A DNA stretch of 64,000 nucleotides from Salisapilia sapeloensis CBS 127946 (taxonomy: Eukaryota; Protista; Oomycota): assembly GCA_023334545.1 (NCBI GenBank), contig JAADVB010000027.1, positions 52,581-116,580 of the forward strand, in the 5' to 3' direction. A program made the position numbers and the translations under genes. The notes below the pieces were generated by a model. That model was not told the origin of the DNA. It saw only the letters and a list, made by a program, of their open reading frames with translations, and did not search any database. Of this stretch, positions 1 through 12,080 are shown one piece after another (position 1 is the first letter of the stretch; each line of letters starts with the position of its first letter).

Positions 1-959
1 ATGGGATGATAGGCGGGTAGTCTAGTGGCATGGGTGGAGCCACTCGCTTTAAATGAGGATTCTTCCTGATCAACTCTGCCAGCGTGTTTCGGTCGAGAGG
101 CAGCCCTCGATTGCACTCGCGTACCATCTTCATTAGCTGCGTGGACGTCGGGCTCGTGCCTTGGATGAAACGCATGTACTCTGCTGGCAACGTCGAAGGA
201 CGCATGACATAGGCGTACATGACCTGCGCACTGGATAGACCAAACAGTAACGAGTCTCCATGGGCCCAGTCGCTTCCCCAAAAGTGCCACGCGCCTCGGT
301 TCTTGAGCATATTGTACGCTGTTTGCAAGGCTCGAGTGAAGGCGTAAAGAGCGACGGAGCGTTGGCGGGACTTGTTCAAAGAAAACAAGGACAAGGAAGC
401 GACGGCGGCAGACGTCACAGACGCAATCTTCAGTCGATGCTTGGCATCTCGAACGTGGTGAGACAAGAGGTGGGAAGTGACAGCCAAGAGGGCACGGTAT
501 CCGCCCGAGAAGCCGCCGATGAAAAGTCCGAGCGAGACAGCATCCACCCGAAAAGACAGCTTGCTCTCGTCCAAGAGCTCACGTAGATCCAGCACCGATC
601 GTACATTTCTATAAAAATATTAGTGCTAGTCCAAGCGGCGTGTGTCTCTGCATCAAATACTTTTTGCGAAGGAGTTTGAAGATGCGCATGAGCAGACCGA
701 CACCAGCGCGGAGGTTATAGGCTAGTAAAAAGTTGGACGTTCCGAGGTAGAGTGCCTGCAATAGCTGTTTGCCCAGTTTCTTGCTCTCCAAGATCTCCAC
801 GATCTCCTCGGACGACTTGACCTTCTTATCACCGTCTGCAAGCTGATCGATAGAAGAGTTCGATGCGTCGTGGTCCCGAAGACTCAGGTCGGAAGGCGAC
901 GGCGTCATCTCCATGTTGGAAAGTGAAGCGGAGGAGGCTCCTGTTGGCAGCTTCATCAT
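1..959 (-). CDS. TMEM135 / PXMP4-like (Tim17-fold) membrane protein, 3' end runs off the window
   Basis: Exon 1 ORF 959 down to 661, then a 52-nt GT-AG intron (609-660) splices in frame to NVRSVLDLRELL...LGLFIGGFSGGYRA...HGDSLLFGLSSAQVMYAYVMRPSTLP, which resembles the TMEM135 C-terminal motif. Confidence 0.7.
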
Positions 960-1196
960 GCTGTCGGGCGAAGTGGGAGCTTCAGACTTATTGCTGCTCG
1001 AACGACGGTCGATGGTTTCAGCCCCTGGGTGTCAAGATGACGTCATAGTTACTTGCAGATCTCAGGATGCGGCCACCTCCTTTCAGCCAATCGCACATCT
1101 GATCTACCTGATAATGTCCGTGGCCACCCATCCTGTGATCTCACATCTCACGTTGCAGCTCGGACCATAGTCGATCTTGTCAACGCCGGATCTAAC

Positions 1197-2051
1197 ATGG
1201 ACAGTATGAACGAAACCTGGACGCAATACAAGGTCTGGGCCGATGACGTCGAGGAGTCCTTCCTCTCGTGGGTCGACCCGTCCATGAACTACAAGAAGAA
1301 CCCGATGCAGGACTACCCCGGGGCGGACTTTGCCACCGTCTTTGCCATCTGCGTCGCGTACGTTGCATTCGTGATCATCGGATCGCTCGTCATGAAGGCT
1401 GGCGTCCCAGCCATTAAGACCAGTCCGCTGCAGTTCGTGTACAACCCGATCCAGGTCATGCTGTGCTCGTACATGTGCATCGAGGCGGGTATCCAGGCGT
1501 ACCGCCACAACTACTCGGCCCTGCCGTGCAACCCGTATGACGCCGAAAAGCCTGTCATGGGCAACGTCCTGTACATGTTCTTCTTGTCCAAGATCTTGGA
1601 CTTTTGCGACACCATCTTCATTATCTTAGGCAAGAAGTGGAATCAGCTGTCGTTCCTGCACGTGTACCACCACCTGACCATCTTCTTCATCTATTACATG
1701 AACTTCCGCACCATGTACGACGGTGACATCTACGCCACGATCATCCTCAACGGCTTCATCCACACCATCATGTACACGTACTACTTTGTGAGCGCCCACA
1801 CTAAGGACATTTGGTGGAAAAAGTACCTCACGGCCATGCAGCTCATCCAGTTCATCACGATGAACGTCCAGGGATACTTGATGATCTCTCGCCAGTGCGA
1901 TGGCACGCCTCCGACGGTGCCCGTCCTGTACGTCGTGTACATCCAGTCGCTCTTCTGGCTCTTCATGAACTTTTTCATCCGTTCCTACTGCATGCGTTCT
2001 CGCACCCAGTCTGGCAAGAAGAACAAGAACAAGAACAAGAAGACCCAGTAA
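1197..2051 (+). CDS. ELO-family fatty acid elongase (delta-6 PUFA elongase-like)
   Basis: SKILDFCDT, QLSFLHVYHHL histidine box, NGFIHTIMYTYY, TAMQLIQF; KKTQ C-terminus (ER retrieval). ATG at 1197 rather than the ORF-track start at 1053. Confidence 0.93.
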   Translation: MDSMNETWTQYKVWADDVEESFLSWVDPSMNYKKNPMQDYPGADFATVFAICVAYVAFVIIGSLVMKAGVPAIKTSPLQFVYNPIQVMLCSYMCIEAGIQAYRHNYSALPCNPYDAEKPVMGNVLYMFFLSKILDFCDTIFIILGKKWNQLSFLHVYHHLTIFFIYYMNFRTMYDGDIYATIILNGFIHTIMYTYYFVSAHTKDIWWKKYLTAMQLIQFITMNVQGYLMISRQCDGTPPTVPVLYVVYIQSLFWLFMNFFIRSYCMRSRTQSGKKNKNKNKKTQ

Positions 2052-2555
2052 CCTCGTTTTCCTGTAGAGCGTACGGCGATCAGCAAGTCGTTAGAACACA
2101 ATGCAGCTGAAAATGTTTAGTTGTATTCTTTCTCTTCCGTTTGCCTAGAGCTTTTCCGTGAAAGTGCAGTATCAGTTTAGAGACACGGCGGTCACCTGCG
2201 ATAGCAAGATGTCTACCAACATGTTTCACGCACTCCCGAACTTTTGGAGCTCAACATGAAGCCACTGCCTTTTACAGACTATAACGTAGTATCTAGCCAA
2301 GTATCCTTTTCGTGCAGTGCCTACTTGTACTACAAGTCGCAGAACGTAGTAGCTCTTCGTCTTCAAGTAGTTTCGAGACACTCGAGTGTACCACGAATCC
2401 AAGTATACTTGAAAATTGTATGGTCAGCCGCAAGAACAGTAAAAAACACCAGGCACGGTCGGCCAGAAGGAGCGACCATCAACGGACTCGAGAGCTTGAC
2501 AAGGACGGTCAATTTTCAGACTTGAGAACCTTTATTGAAAAGTTCTCATGCAAAG

Positions 2556-3989
2556 ATGGTCATTTTAAAAGACAGCGGTAGTGAAAGCCCTAGGAGCGTC
2601 TCGAGCGACTCGTCCAGCGTCAGCTCCAGCGCCAGCGAGCACGACCCGAACGATGAACCTGCGCCGCCAGTGCCAGCAGAAGAGCCGCCAAAAGTATCCT
2701 ACCCGGTGGCAGATGTCCACGAAAGTGATACACTGATAACCCCAGAAGAAGAGAATGACAACAGCTCCGTCAGTAGTTCCAGCTTTAGCTCCAGCAGCGA
2801 CAGCGACAATGAACACAATACGACGTTGGAACCAGAGTTCCAGAAGGAGAATACCTCCATTCAAAGTGCAGTCGTAGATGCTGTGTCTGTAGAAAACAAC
2901 GAGGCAGACACTACGGACGGAAACCCCGAGGCTGAAGGACCGACTGATAGTCCGAAAGACACGTTGGATGCTTCCATCCATCTCGATGCTGTGCAGGTAG
3001 AACAGTCCCCTGCAAGTGACGACACGTCCGACGCACCCTTTTCCCTCCAGTCATCCTACCCAAAGCTTCCACCTGCCCCAGTCGACGCCCTCATCTCCCT
3101 CCGGCTCCAATCTCGTCAAGACGAGCTCAAGATCTCCGACGACTTGCTTCAGCAGGAAGTCGCGTCCGCTCGAACGCACTTGCAAGAGCTGGAGGCTAAA
3201 TCTTCTCGTCAGAAGAACAAACTGTCTGCCTCCACCAACTCATTTGCCATTCCTCTTCCTTCCGCGTCTCCTACCGACGCTGGAGCAGTGAGCTGTCGAT
3301 GCGGCAATAACGTCGATGATGGTCGTACAATGGTCCAGTGCGAGGACTGTCTCAAGTGGGAGCATGTCCTGTGCATAGGTGAGCCTCCCTCACGCGTACA
3401 AGACCCTACCTTCCGGTTCTTCTGTCTCGACTGCGAGTGGGAGTTCCGGTGCGTCTGTGGCATACGAGCGAAGAACCATGACGACGGGTCGCACATGATC
3501 TGCTGTGACTTTTGTAAGAACTGGTTGCACTCGTTCTGTGTCAAGGTCGATCCGAACGACCCGCCAGAGACGTACAAGTGTCCTCGATGTAAAAAGGCTG
3601 GCAGTCGAAGGCTAAAGCAGAGGAAGGAGGCGCGCGAACGGAAGAAGAAGGACGTGAGGCCTCCACCTCCGCCACCGACCACGCCTCCTCCGCCACCAGA
3701 GTCTAGTCCTCCGCCGCCTCCTCCATCGACCCCACCGCCAGTCCTGCGTGGGAGAAATACGAACAACTCGAGGTCGAGCGACTTGACTTTTGACGAGGAA
3801 AAGCTCACTGTGGTCGTTCGGCCCAACCTGCCGTCGAGTTCAGGACCATCGAAAGGTCTGTCGCCCATGTCTCCGACAAGTCCGGGAGGAGAGACGCCGA
3901 GAGGAAGCAACGGCAAACGAGGGAGGAAGCGCAAGCCAGGGACTGCCAAGAGTCGATTGGAAAAGAAGCTACGAAAGAGACGTCGTTAA
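2556..3989 (+). CDS. Tandem PHD-finger chromatin protein
   Basis: Two C4HC3 fingers (CRCG...CEDCLKWEHVLC...CLDC; CVCG...CDFCKNWLHSFC...CPRC), acidic Ser-rich N-terminus, poly-Pro, basic C-terminal NLS. Start at the first ATG; an upstream exon is possible. Confidence 0.8.
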   Translation: MVILKDSGSESPRSVSSDSSSVSSSASEHDPNDEPAPPVPAEEPPKVSYPVADVHESDTLITPEEENDNSSVSSSSFSSSSDSDNEHNTTLEPEFQKENTSIQSAVVDAVSVENNEADTTDGNPEAEGPTDSPKDTLDASIHLDAVQVEQSPASDDTSDAPFSLQSSYPKLPPAPVDALISLRLQSRQDELKISDDLLQQEVASARTHLQELEAKSSRQKNKLSASTNSFAIPLPSASPTDAGAVSCRCGNNVDDGRTMVQCEDCLKWEHVLCIGEPPSRVQDPTFRFFCLDCEWEFRCVCGIRAKNHDDGSHMICCDFCKNWLHSFCVKVDPNDPPETYKCPRCKKAGSRRLKQRKEARERKKKDVRPPPPPPTTPPPPPESSPPPPPPSTPPPVLRGRNTNNSRSSDLTFDEEKLTVVVRPNLPSSSGPSKGLSPMSPTSPGGETPRGSNGKRGRKRKPGTAKSRLEKKLRKRRR

Positions 3990-4012
3990 GCGCTAAGAAA
4001 TCTATATTCCTT

Positions 4013-5459
4013 TTATGTCCACGGATAGAACGCGCTGAAGAGCGACGTGCCTAAGATGTTGTAGAGTAAAAAGTAGGACAGCAGCGTCTTGCCTTTCGCA
4101 CTGTCCATGGGGATGGCGGCGGCGCTCCAGTAGAGAGCAGGACAGGCAGACAGGAGGCGCGTAGTTACTTGGATGTGCACGACAAGGACAGCGTTGATGG
4201 CGAGGAAAAGCCAATGGCTGTAGTAGGGTAGCAACTCACTTTTATAGCACTTCAAGTACTTCATGAGACTGTAGGCTGAGAAGATCAGGATGGGAGAGGC
4301 CAGGAGGAAATTGGGGAGCTGCTGCAGCGTGTAGTAGCTGAAGAGACCGACGCCCCAGTACTCCTTCTGAATGAACATGTACATGGCGGATGGGTTGGGA
4401 AAGAGAGAAGCGCACCATGGCCGATCGTCAGCTTCGGAAGAAGACAGAGAAGGACAGTAGATGTAGGCACTGTAGGCAAAGTAGACGAGCTGTGGGACGA
4501 GGCAAAGTAGTCCGAGGAAAGCCGTGGACATCCAGTGGGTAAGAAATCTGCTGATGGAGGCTAGAGACGGAGTCGCCTGTAAGCAACGGTACGCCACGAA
4601 CACTAGCAGATACGACGTTTTAGGATAAAGATTGGTATGAGGAGAGGAGGCAAGATACAGGACAGGAGGTTTCCATTCGATCTGGTCGCTGCGGCGAGAC
4701 CAAAGAGAGCCGAGCATCGAAGCAGGTCAGAGTATTTGGACGACTGACGGTGCCGTTCGAGGTAGTAGAAGCCCATGAAACTCAAGCAGGCCATCAGACT
4801 ACTCGTACATTCAACATCGGCAGATCTTTCGTACGATTAGTATGAATGTATACCTTTCCGTGTAGACAGCGGTCATAAAAATAGTGGCAGGGTTGATGCA
4901 GAACAAGAGGACAGCAGCTAGAGAAAAGTTAGGATCCTGGAAGAGGAGGTTCGTGAGACGATACAGGTAGACGGCAGCGACCACAAAACTCATGTTGCTA
5001 TACAAGGTGCATGTTAGACGGTTGGTAGCGTGGTGGTGATTATCAATAGTACCTGATGAACCAGCCACTGACGATGACACCAGTGGTAGTCGTAAACGGG
5101 AGCAAGGCACTGAGGAAGACGCAGTACCGGAAACGTATCCAACGTTCAATAGATACATACGTAGCAACCGAGTTAAATGCACAATCAAAATGCAGTTGTA
5201 GTATTTGCTACCTCATTGCGCGCATGAGCATGGGATAGAATGGGAAGAACGCGTGCATCTCTTCGTACGGGTAGCCGTGCTCAGCTATGGTCATAAAGTA
5301 GACTCCGTCCCAGTTGGCAAAGGAAGCGAGGGGCATCTTGCCCGACCCCGAGTACGCCGAGGTGTCATAAGGCTTGACGACCGCAGAGGCCATCCATGCG
5401 AGGAGAGAGACGACAACTCGAGAGGCCGTCGCGACGGCCACCACTCTGGTCTCGGCCAT
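4013..5459 (-). CDS. PIGV: GPI mannosyltransferase II (PIG-V/GPI18), multi-exon
   Basis: NWDGVYFMTIAEHGYPYEEMHAFFPFYP, INPATIFMTAVYTE, AAATRSNG, WGVGLFSYYTLQQLPNFLLASP, HIQVTTRLLSACPALYW, spread over several frames joined by short introns. Confidence 0.88.
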
Positions 5460-5707
5460 GCTTGTTGAACAGCTATCCACCCTTGTGACATTTACTACCT
5501 GTGATCTTTGATATTTGTTTGAAATTAATGCGGTCGCGAACGTCCGGATTTGAATTTAACAGGCTGATGAGTATGCTGGATGACCAGAAGACAGTGTCCT
5601 GTGAAAAGTAATTTCTATCGAAATGAGTCCATTTCGCGATTCACCGACCAGAGAGAAGTTGCCGCCCGCGCGCTTTTCTTCTTCATACTATCGACGACGG
5701 CCGCACG

Positions 5708-7539
5708 ATGGACCCGCATGGCGTCAATCCGATGGGCATGCCGCAGATGTCCATTCCCATGAGTGGAGCTCTGTCGTCTGGCGGAGGAAACGCGTCCTCT
5801 GCGCAGATGATGAATATGGGCCAATACGGCATGCCACCCAATCAAAGCCAGATGATGATGATGAACACCATGAACGCGATGACGATGGGCATGAAGATGC
5901 CGCCGAATGTACAAATGGGCGGACACCAGATGAACCCGCCGCAAACGTCGCGACCGCAGGGCGGGGTCAACGCTCCGTCCGGTAACGACTGGCGAGTGCA
6001 ACTGACGAGGGAACACCGCGCGAACCTCATCGCAAAAATGTACGAGCGCCTCTTACGTATTCATAAACACGTATACTTATCATTGCTAGTTATAACGAGA
6101 TGGTTCGCGTGCAAAACGAACCGCCCCCAGGTATCAAGCTTTGGATGCACGCGGCATGGTTCGAGCTGACCAACTACAAGGAGGCGCAGACACAGCAGGA
6201 GTACATCAACAAGATCTTCGGCAGGTTAAAGCAACTTCGAGGGCAGCAGACCAATCCGGCGGCGGAGGCCCAGAGCCAGAATATGCCCAACCGAGGCATG
6301 CTCACGCGCTTGGATTTCTCCTACTACAACAACAATCCTCATTTTGCCAGACTCCATCCGAGCGCAGGTGGAGCTGTCCCTAGCAATCACGAAGTGCCGT
6401 TAGGTGGAGGGCCGAATATGCCACCTCCGAAAGACAACAGAGAAAATATGATCGGGTCGAGTGGCTCCAGTGGAAACGCAGAGAATCCGGATGAGTACTG
6501 GACGCAGCACGCCGCGCTCAAAGCAAAGTACCACGATGACGTTGAAAAAGTACACAGTGCGTTTAAGAAGTATGTGGATCACATGAAAGATCAAAATGAG
6601 ACGGACCAGAAGAGAAAACTGCGGTACCTGCTAGAGTACGTTCACTTGTGCGCCTGCGTGCTGAACGAGGACAAGTCGACGCATCCGCCGCGACGACTGG
6701 AAGAACTGGACAAGGTGTACAAGTACATTGTCAAGATCGTGAACCCGTATCTGAAGAAATTGCGAACTGAAACGGACAAGCGCAGCTACGATCCGGCGAC
6801 GAACACTTCTAGCTCCGCGACACCTAATGGCAACAACTCGTCCGGGACGATGCCCGATCCGAACAAGCAGATGCATCAGGGCAAACCGCAGCAAATGACG
6901 CCACAGCAAAAGCAGCAATATCACCAAATGCAGCAGCGCCAAGCGCAGATGCAACGCCAACAGCAGATGCAGCGCCAAACGTCCAACCCATCGCAGATGC
7001 CGCCTCACCAGCAATCTATGCAGCAGCAACTACGGCAGCAACAACAACAGCAGCAACAACAGCACCACCACCAGCAACAACAGCAGCAGCAGCAACAACA
7101 GCAGCAACAACAACAACAAAGAGGGCCGCAAGCGCGATCGCCGATGCCGAACCAGCAACAGCGACCGCAAGGAAACAATGGGCAGCAGAACATGCAGCGA
7201 CCTAACAATGGGCAGCAGAACCAGCGATCAGGAAACCCGAATAGCCGAGGGAGTCACGACAACATGCTTTCGCTTGACGATCCAAATTTGTACGGAGGAG
7301 ACAGCGGACTGATGCACATGTCGTCCGGCCTGTCGACGTCGGGCTCTGGGAACCAATCGAGCAACAGCATGAGTTTCCCGAATGACCTGTCGCCCGGTAC
7401 GCCCATGGATTTTATCGATTTTGACAGCACACAGCTGTCCGGCCTCGCCTTTGACGGCCAGGACACTGGCGCCAATGGGAACTCTGGGAACGACAATAAT
7501 GACTCTTCCGACTTTATGAGCTTTGTCGAGACGCTCTAA
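5708..7539 (+). CDS. MED15: Mediator subunit MED15-like protein (KIX domain, poly-Q)
   Basis: A 50-nt intron (6040-6089) joins NDWRVQLTREHRANLIAKI to YNEMVRVQ...AAWFELTNYKEAQTQQEYINKIFGRLKQL, resembling the plant-type KIX domain; a second helical domain (DEYWTQHAALKAKY...) and a Q-rich tail follow. Confidence 0.65.
7021..7117 (+). repeat. CAG/CAA trinucleotide tract encoding poly-Q
   Basis: Near-continuous CAG/CAA codons, with one His3 interruption, inside the MED15-like CDS. Confidence 0.9.
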
Positions 7540-8517
7540 CCACTCTGTAGGATGAATGCAAATTTTTCTTTCCGTTATAAATCCACTTGAACGTGTCTCG
7601 AGTCCAGTAGGGGTGTTAACTGTGTATTAGGAGCGACGCAAGCGCATGGTGACTTGCTGCTTGCTGTTGTATATCTTGAATAGGTAGTCAGTCATTCGGA
7701 TTAAACATGACCTATGCAAGATGGAGGCTGGATATCCTTGTTCTTTCGACAGTGTACGTTTATGCAACAGTGACAGCACCTTGCATGCCCTTTCGTTCCG
7801 AACGGATACATTGACTAAGGTGGCAACGTCGTGAAATGCAGGGTCGCGCAAATTGCGATACATCGCCTGATTAGACTACGGCCGCTATCACGGACAGTAA
7901 CAAGAACAAAATGAAGCAGGGGCTTCAAGGTGGCAGTCGCTCCTAGTATATCGCGAATTTGTCCTAGGAAAGAGTTAATGAGGGTGAGAGCTTTGCAGGA
8001 GGTAAAAAGTTTGTCTTTGAAATGCATTTCAAAGACCAATGGACACTTGGACTCTTGTTGTTGAGAAACAAAAGCATTGCAAAATACCACCCTTTGATTC
8101 GAAAGTAATGTTGCTACCACCTTGATACGGAGACTCGAGAAGACAGTGACAGAACTGCAGACGATCCATTCGTTGTAAGAACAGCCCACAAGCAGGAAAA
8201 GGATATACACACTCCGATAAAAGAAAAAATAGAATGCTCCGTATGCAAGACTTTGGCTATACAAACACCAGATATTCTCGAAACCCTTCCTCGTGCAAGT
8301 AAATGCAATAAAATCCGCATCCTTTCCATAGTAGAGCCATGCTCGCAGCTACAAGCTCTCTCAAAGCCTCTTCCGTCCTCTGACAGTGCAGCAACTGCAG
8401 TTTAAAAACGCATCAATGCTTCTTTTATCTGGACATGCCTATCAAGGTAAATCAGATGGAAACCGTGCCTCGAAATGAGTCTATGTCGCTGGCTTTTTCC
8501 CATTAAACGTAGCGACG

Positions 8518-10671
8518 ATGAAAAAGAGCTCAGGCAATCGGTTGCTCAAGACTGCCAGCACAAGCAGCATGGTCGGGAACAACCTCAACCTTCCGCCGTT
8601 GCGGTCCTCGGCCATCTCCAAAACGCTGGAAGAAGACCTGGAAAGCCAGGCACGCGCAGCTCTCGCACCCTTCAGCTTCGGGACGCAGGAAGCATACTTA
8701 AACTGGTCCGCCGTGCAGGACTATGCAGGAGACAAGTCGCTTTCGAGCTCGAGCTCGGGTAAAGAAGCCATGAGTGCTAGTGGAGGACCCACTGGCGCCT
8801 ATGCCGTCCTGTCGGAACGCGTCGCCCCCGTCGGTGTCAATGCTTTTCTATGGAATTTGATGAACAACAATGGCGATGCACTCGCGGCCAGTGCTGTCAA
8901 TGACACTTCGACGGAAGACACACCTGCGACAGACAATGATGAGACCGCCACGCCTCACAACGGCAGTCTCGGCTCGGACAATGATAACACAGGTGGACAC
9001 AGTAGCTGGTTCACGTCGAAATCGCTACAACAGTACTATTGCAAGAGCTCTGCGACTCTCCCAGCAACTGTGGCGGAAGTCGTGGACGCTGTCAACAGAA
9101 GCGACAAGGAAGAGTGCACGGACTTTGCCATGCAGTACTTTGTCGGCGTGAAAAACAGTGCGTCCGGTCTCATCTACCGCCGTCCGTCGACTCGTAAACG
9201 CGGGTACTCTCGCCCGTACCCCGGGACACAGCGTCCATCTCGAGAGATGCGTCGAAAGTTTATGCGAAGACACAAGTCGTCGTCCATGGGTCGCAAAACC
9301 TCCGGCTCAGCTCCGAGCACACCCGACAGAGACATGATCATGCGCCGCATGCAAAAGCATCAGAGCGAAAGCGAGAGCTCCGACGATGAAGAGAAGCTGT
9401 CGGATATGTCTCGTCCACCAAGTGCCGGCAGGATGTTCGGAGGCAACTCGAAGCGATCTAGTTGGACCATGAAACGAGAGGAATCAACCGGCGGATCGGA
9501 ATCCGACTCGATGGAGTCGGTCGAAGAGCTTTCTCTCCAAGACCTAGGCCGCCACGTCCGTCGAGCCTCCGCGTCGTCTCCAACAGAAGCGGATAGTCCT
9601 CCCATGGATCCGACGACCACGACCTTTCCTCCTCCGAATATGAAGATCAGTGCCATGCAGGAGAAGCTTCCACCGACGTCGGAAGTCGGGAACTACATGG
9701 ACGAGTACGACATGTCGTTCGACATGAGTGGGAATCAAGGCCACATGACGATTAAGTGGGTTGTAGGAGAAAAGTCTGGTCGGATGTTTGGATCGAGAGC
9801 GCACTTTGTCCTTTTGGACTATGAATGCGTCATCATAGACGACTGGGCTCCGAACTATGGACCCATGTACATTCGCATCCTACAGTCCATCTACTTGCCC
9901 CAGTGCCAGCCATGGACAGATGAGTTCCCAGGTAGGAGACCGACAGACTTGCAGCCAGTGGGCTTCATGGTCCGTCCGTCGCGTACAAAGGAGGACCACG
10001 TAGATATTCAATTCGTCGGCTCTGTCCTGGAGAAGATGCAGCTCCCGATGGCCAGTCGACGCGCCAAGCTCAAGCAGCTGGCCTTTAAGCTCCCGACCAA
10101 GCTCCAGGAGCTGCTCACGAGTCGACGACTGTCTCAGTCGTTGCGGACGCACCAGCCTCTGTGGGTGCATAACCGGGAACGCATCGGATGCAAGCTATGC
10201 GACGCTCGCTTTGGTCTCTCTCGTCGACGTCACCACTGTCGCTTGTGTGGAGAAGTGTGCTGCGCCGACTGCTCTCCAAAGGTCGGCATCAATAGGAGAG
10301 AGAGTTCGATGCTCTCTCGTAGTACAAGTAATTCTGGTAGTAGTAAAAGTGTCCGAGTGTGCATCAGTTGTCTCCAGCGACGCCGACCGAGTGACGAAGC
10401 CACTGGGAACAACTCGTCTGGCGGTTCTGCAAGTCAGAACGCCAAGCTCAGTCCGACGAAGGGACTCGGCTACGGCGGCTGGAGCTCTGCGTCTAGCTAC
10501 AACCTGTCGATGCCGTCGCCGCCGTTGAGCGTGAGCGACAGCCAGCAGTTCCAGATGAGTCGGTCTGCCACGAACGTCATGTCTCCATCGGCTCATGACA
10601 TGCACTGGATCGGCAGCATGGGCGAGAAGAAGCACTCGCTTTCGGCGAGTGTTCTGCGTCGAAAGAAATAG
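8518..10671 (+). CDS. FYVE zinc-finger protein with degenerate START-like region
   Basis: WVHNRERIGCKLCDARFGLSRRRHHCRLCGEVCCADC...VRVCISC: FYVE with an intact RRHHCR motif; single 717-aa ORF. Confidence 0.85.
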   Translation: MKKSSGNRLLKTASTSSMVGNNLNLPPLRSSAISKTLEEDLESQARAALAPFSFGTQEAYLNWSAVQDYAGDKSLSSSSSGKEAMSASGGPTGAYAVLSERVAPVGVNAFLWNLMNNNGDALAASAVNDTSTEDTPATDNDETATPHNGSLGSDNDNTGGHSSWFTSKSLQQYYCKSSATLPATVAEVVDAVNRSDKEECTDFAMQYFVGVKNSASGLIYRRPSTRKRGYSRPYPGTQRPSREMRRKFMRRHKSSSMGRKTSGSAPSTPDRDMIMRRMQKHQSESESSDDEEKLSDMSRPPSAGRMFGGNSKRSSWTMKREESTGGSESDSMESVEELSLQDLGRHVRRASASSPTEADSPPMDPTTTTFPPPNMKISAMQEKLPPTSEVGNYMDEYDMSFDMSGNQGHMTIKWVVGEKSGRMFGSRAHFVLLDYECVIIDDWAPNYGPMYIRILQSIYLPQCQPWTDEFPGRRPTDLQPVGFMVRPSRTKEDHVDIQFVGSVLEKMQLPMASRRAKLKQLAFKLPTKLQELLTSRRLSQSLRTHQPLWVHNRERIGCKLCDARFGLSRRRHHCRLCGEVCCADCSPKVGINRRESSMLSRSTSNSGSSKSVRVCISCLQRRRPSDEATGNNSSGGSASQNAKLSPTKGLGYGGWSSASSYNLSMPSPPLSVSDSQQFQMSRSATNVMSPSAHDMHWIGSMGEKKHSLSASVLRRKK

Positions 10672-10700
10672 AAACAAGAGGTAATGGAACACGTGTGTCT

Positions 10701-11919
10701 TTATTTTTGCTCCGGATGGAAATACTTTTGCAGTCCTTGACGCTGCGTTTCTGTCAGCTCCCTCGGGAACACGACATCGAATGTGATACGGAGATCGCCA
10801 TGTCGACTCGGATCGTTCGTTCGAGGCATACCTTGGCCCTTGGCGACATGAACGTATCTCGGAGGTGTCACCTGGTCTCTTTCGATGTTGACGACGTGTC
10901 CATCTAGATGCTCCACTTGCTTTTGGAAACCGACGAGACTCTCCTTAAGACTGATGGCAAGGTCCATGTACAAGTCGTCTCCATCTCTTGTGAATACTGG
11001 ATGAGGTAGTGTGGACAGGATGATACGCAAGTGACCTGCTTGAGCATGTTTGTTCTCCGGGTGTTCATCCGCGTAGTTCTCCAGCTCCACTTCTAATCCG
11101 TCCGGAGATCCTTTCTCCACATCAATGTCAAAGTGCAGGTCCGTCATCTCCACCTTTCGTCCGCCGCATACAGGACAGGTGGACGTCGACATCTTTCCTT
11201 TGCCACCACACTTGTCACAAGTCGATTGGAACTGCTGGATGAAGCCCATGCCCATACGTCTCGTCGTCGTCTGGACACCAGACCCTCGGCACTGGTCACA
11301 CACGTGGACGTGGTCTTCATGCGCTGCTCCGGAGCCATGGCAGTGCGGACACACAGTCTGTCGACGGTAGGAGAATTGGATGGTCTCGCCAGAGTACAGG
11401 GTGGCTAGAGAGACTCGAAGTGGCATCAGAACGTCCGGGCCACGTGTAGGTTCTTGCTCCCGTTGGCGTCGACCGCCTCCAAAGAACTGGGAAAAGATAT
11501 CGAACGGGTCGTGGGCTTGACGACCGCCTCCGCTCTGTAGTCCTTCCTCCCCATACCGATCGTACGTCGCTTTCTTTTCCTCATCCGACAAGACTTCATA
11601 GGCTGCATGACACACATGAGTACCAGTAGCACATAGGCAATTGTAATACGATAGCATACCACTCGCTACTTCAGCAAATTTCTTCTGGGCCTCTTCATCC
11701 CCTGGGTTCTTGTCCGGATGATGCTAGCACAAGCGTCAGTGCCGAAAGTGCCTGCTACATGTCGGATCAACATACCTTGAGCGATAGTTTTCGAAAGGCT
11801 CGCTTAATCTCGGCCGAAGATGCATCACGAGACACACCGAGCACTTCATAGTAGTCAGTAGCAGCTACGAGCACTGCAACGTAGGCCAAGATCGTGAGCA
11901 CCAGCGCCACGGTCTTCAT
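10701..11919 (-). CDS. ER-targeted type I DnaJ/Hsp40 (Scj1/ERdj3-like)
   Basis: Signal peptide [19 protein letters not shown]; J domain DYYEVLGV...RKLSLK|HHPDKNP rebuilt across two short introns; G/F region; four CxxCxGxG-type repeats; DnaJ C-terminal domain. Confidence 0.9.
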
Positions 11920-12080
11920 CTCGTAAGTTCGAATGTGTCTCGCGATCCAAGGCTGCTGGTAGAAAGATAGAGGCGTTTGTATGTCGAGGAGCGTGTCTTG
12001 TAGAAAAGATAGCACTAATGGGATATCTTGATTTTTGTATTTGGTCACTTCCTAACCAACAGATAGCGAGGCAACGAGTG

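Noticed and set aside
6295-6350. Possible GC-AG intron inside the MED15-like gene
   Set aside because: Removing the 55 nt shifts the frame into a stop codon, whereas read-through keeps the ORF open.
7021-7117. Short periodic repeats here and at 25925-26100 as CRISPR-like or satellite arrays
   Set aside because: They are in-frame coding low-complexity repeats (poly-Q, Gly-Ser) with no repeat-spacer structure.
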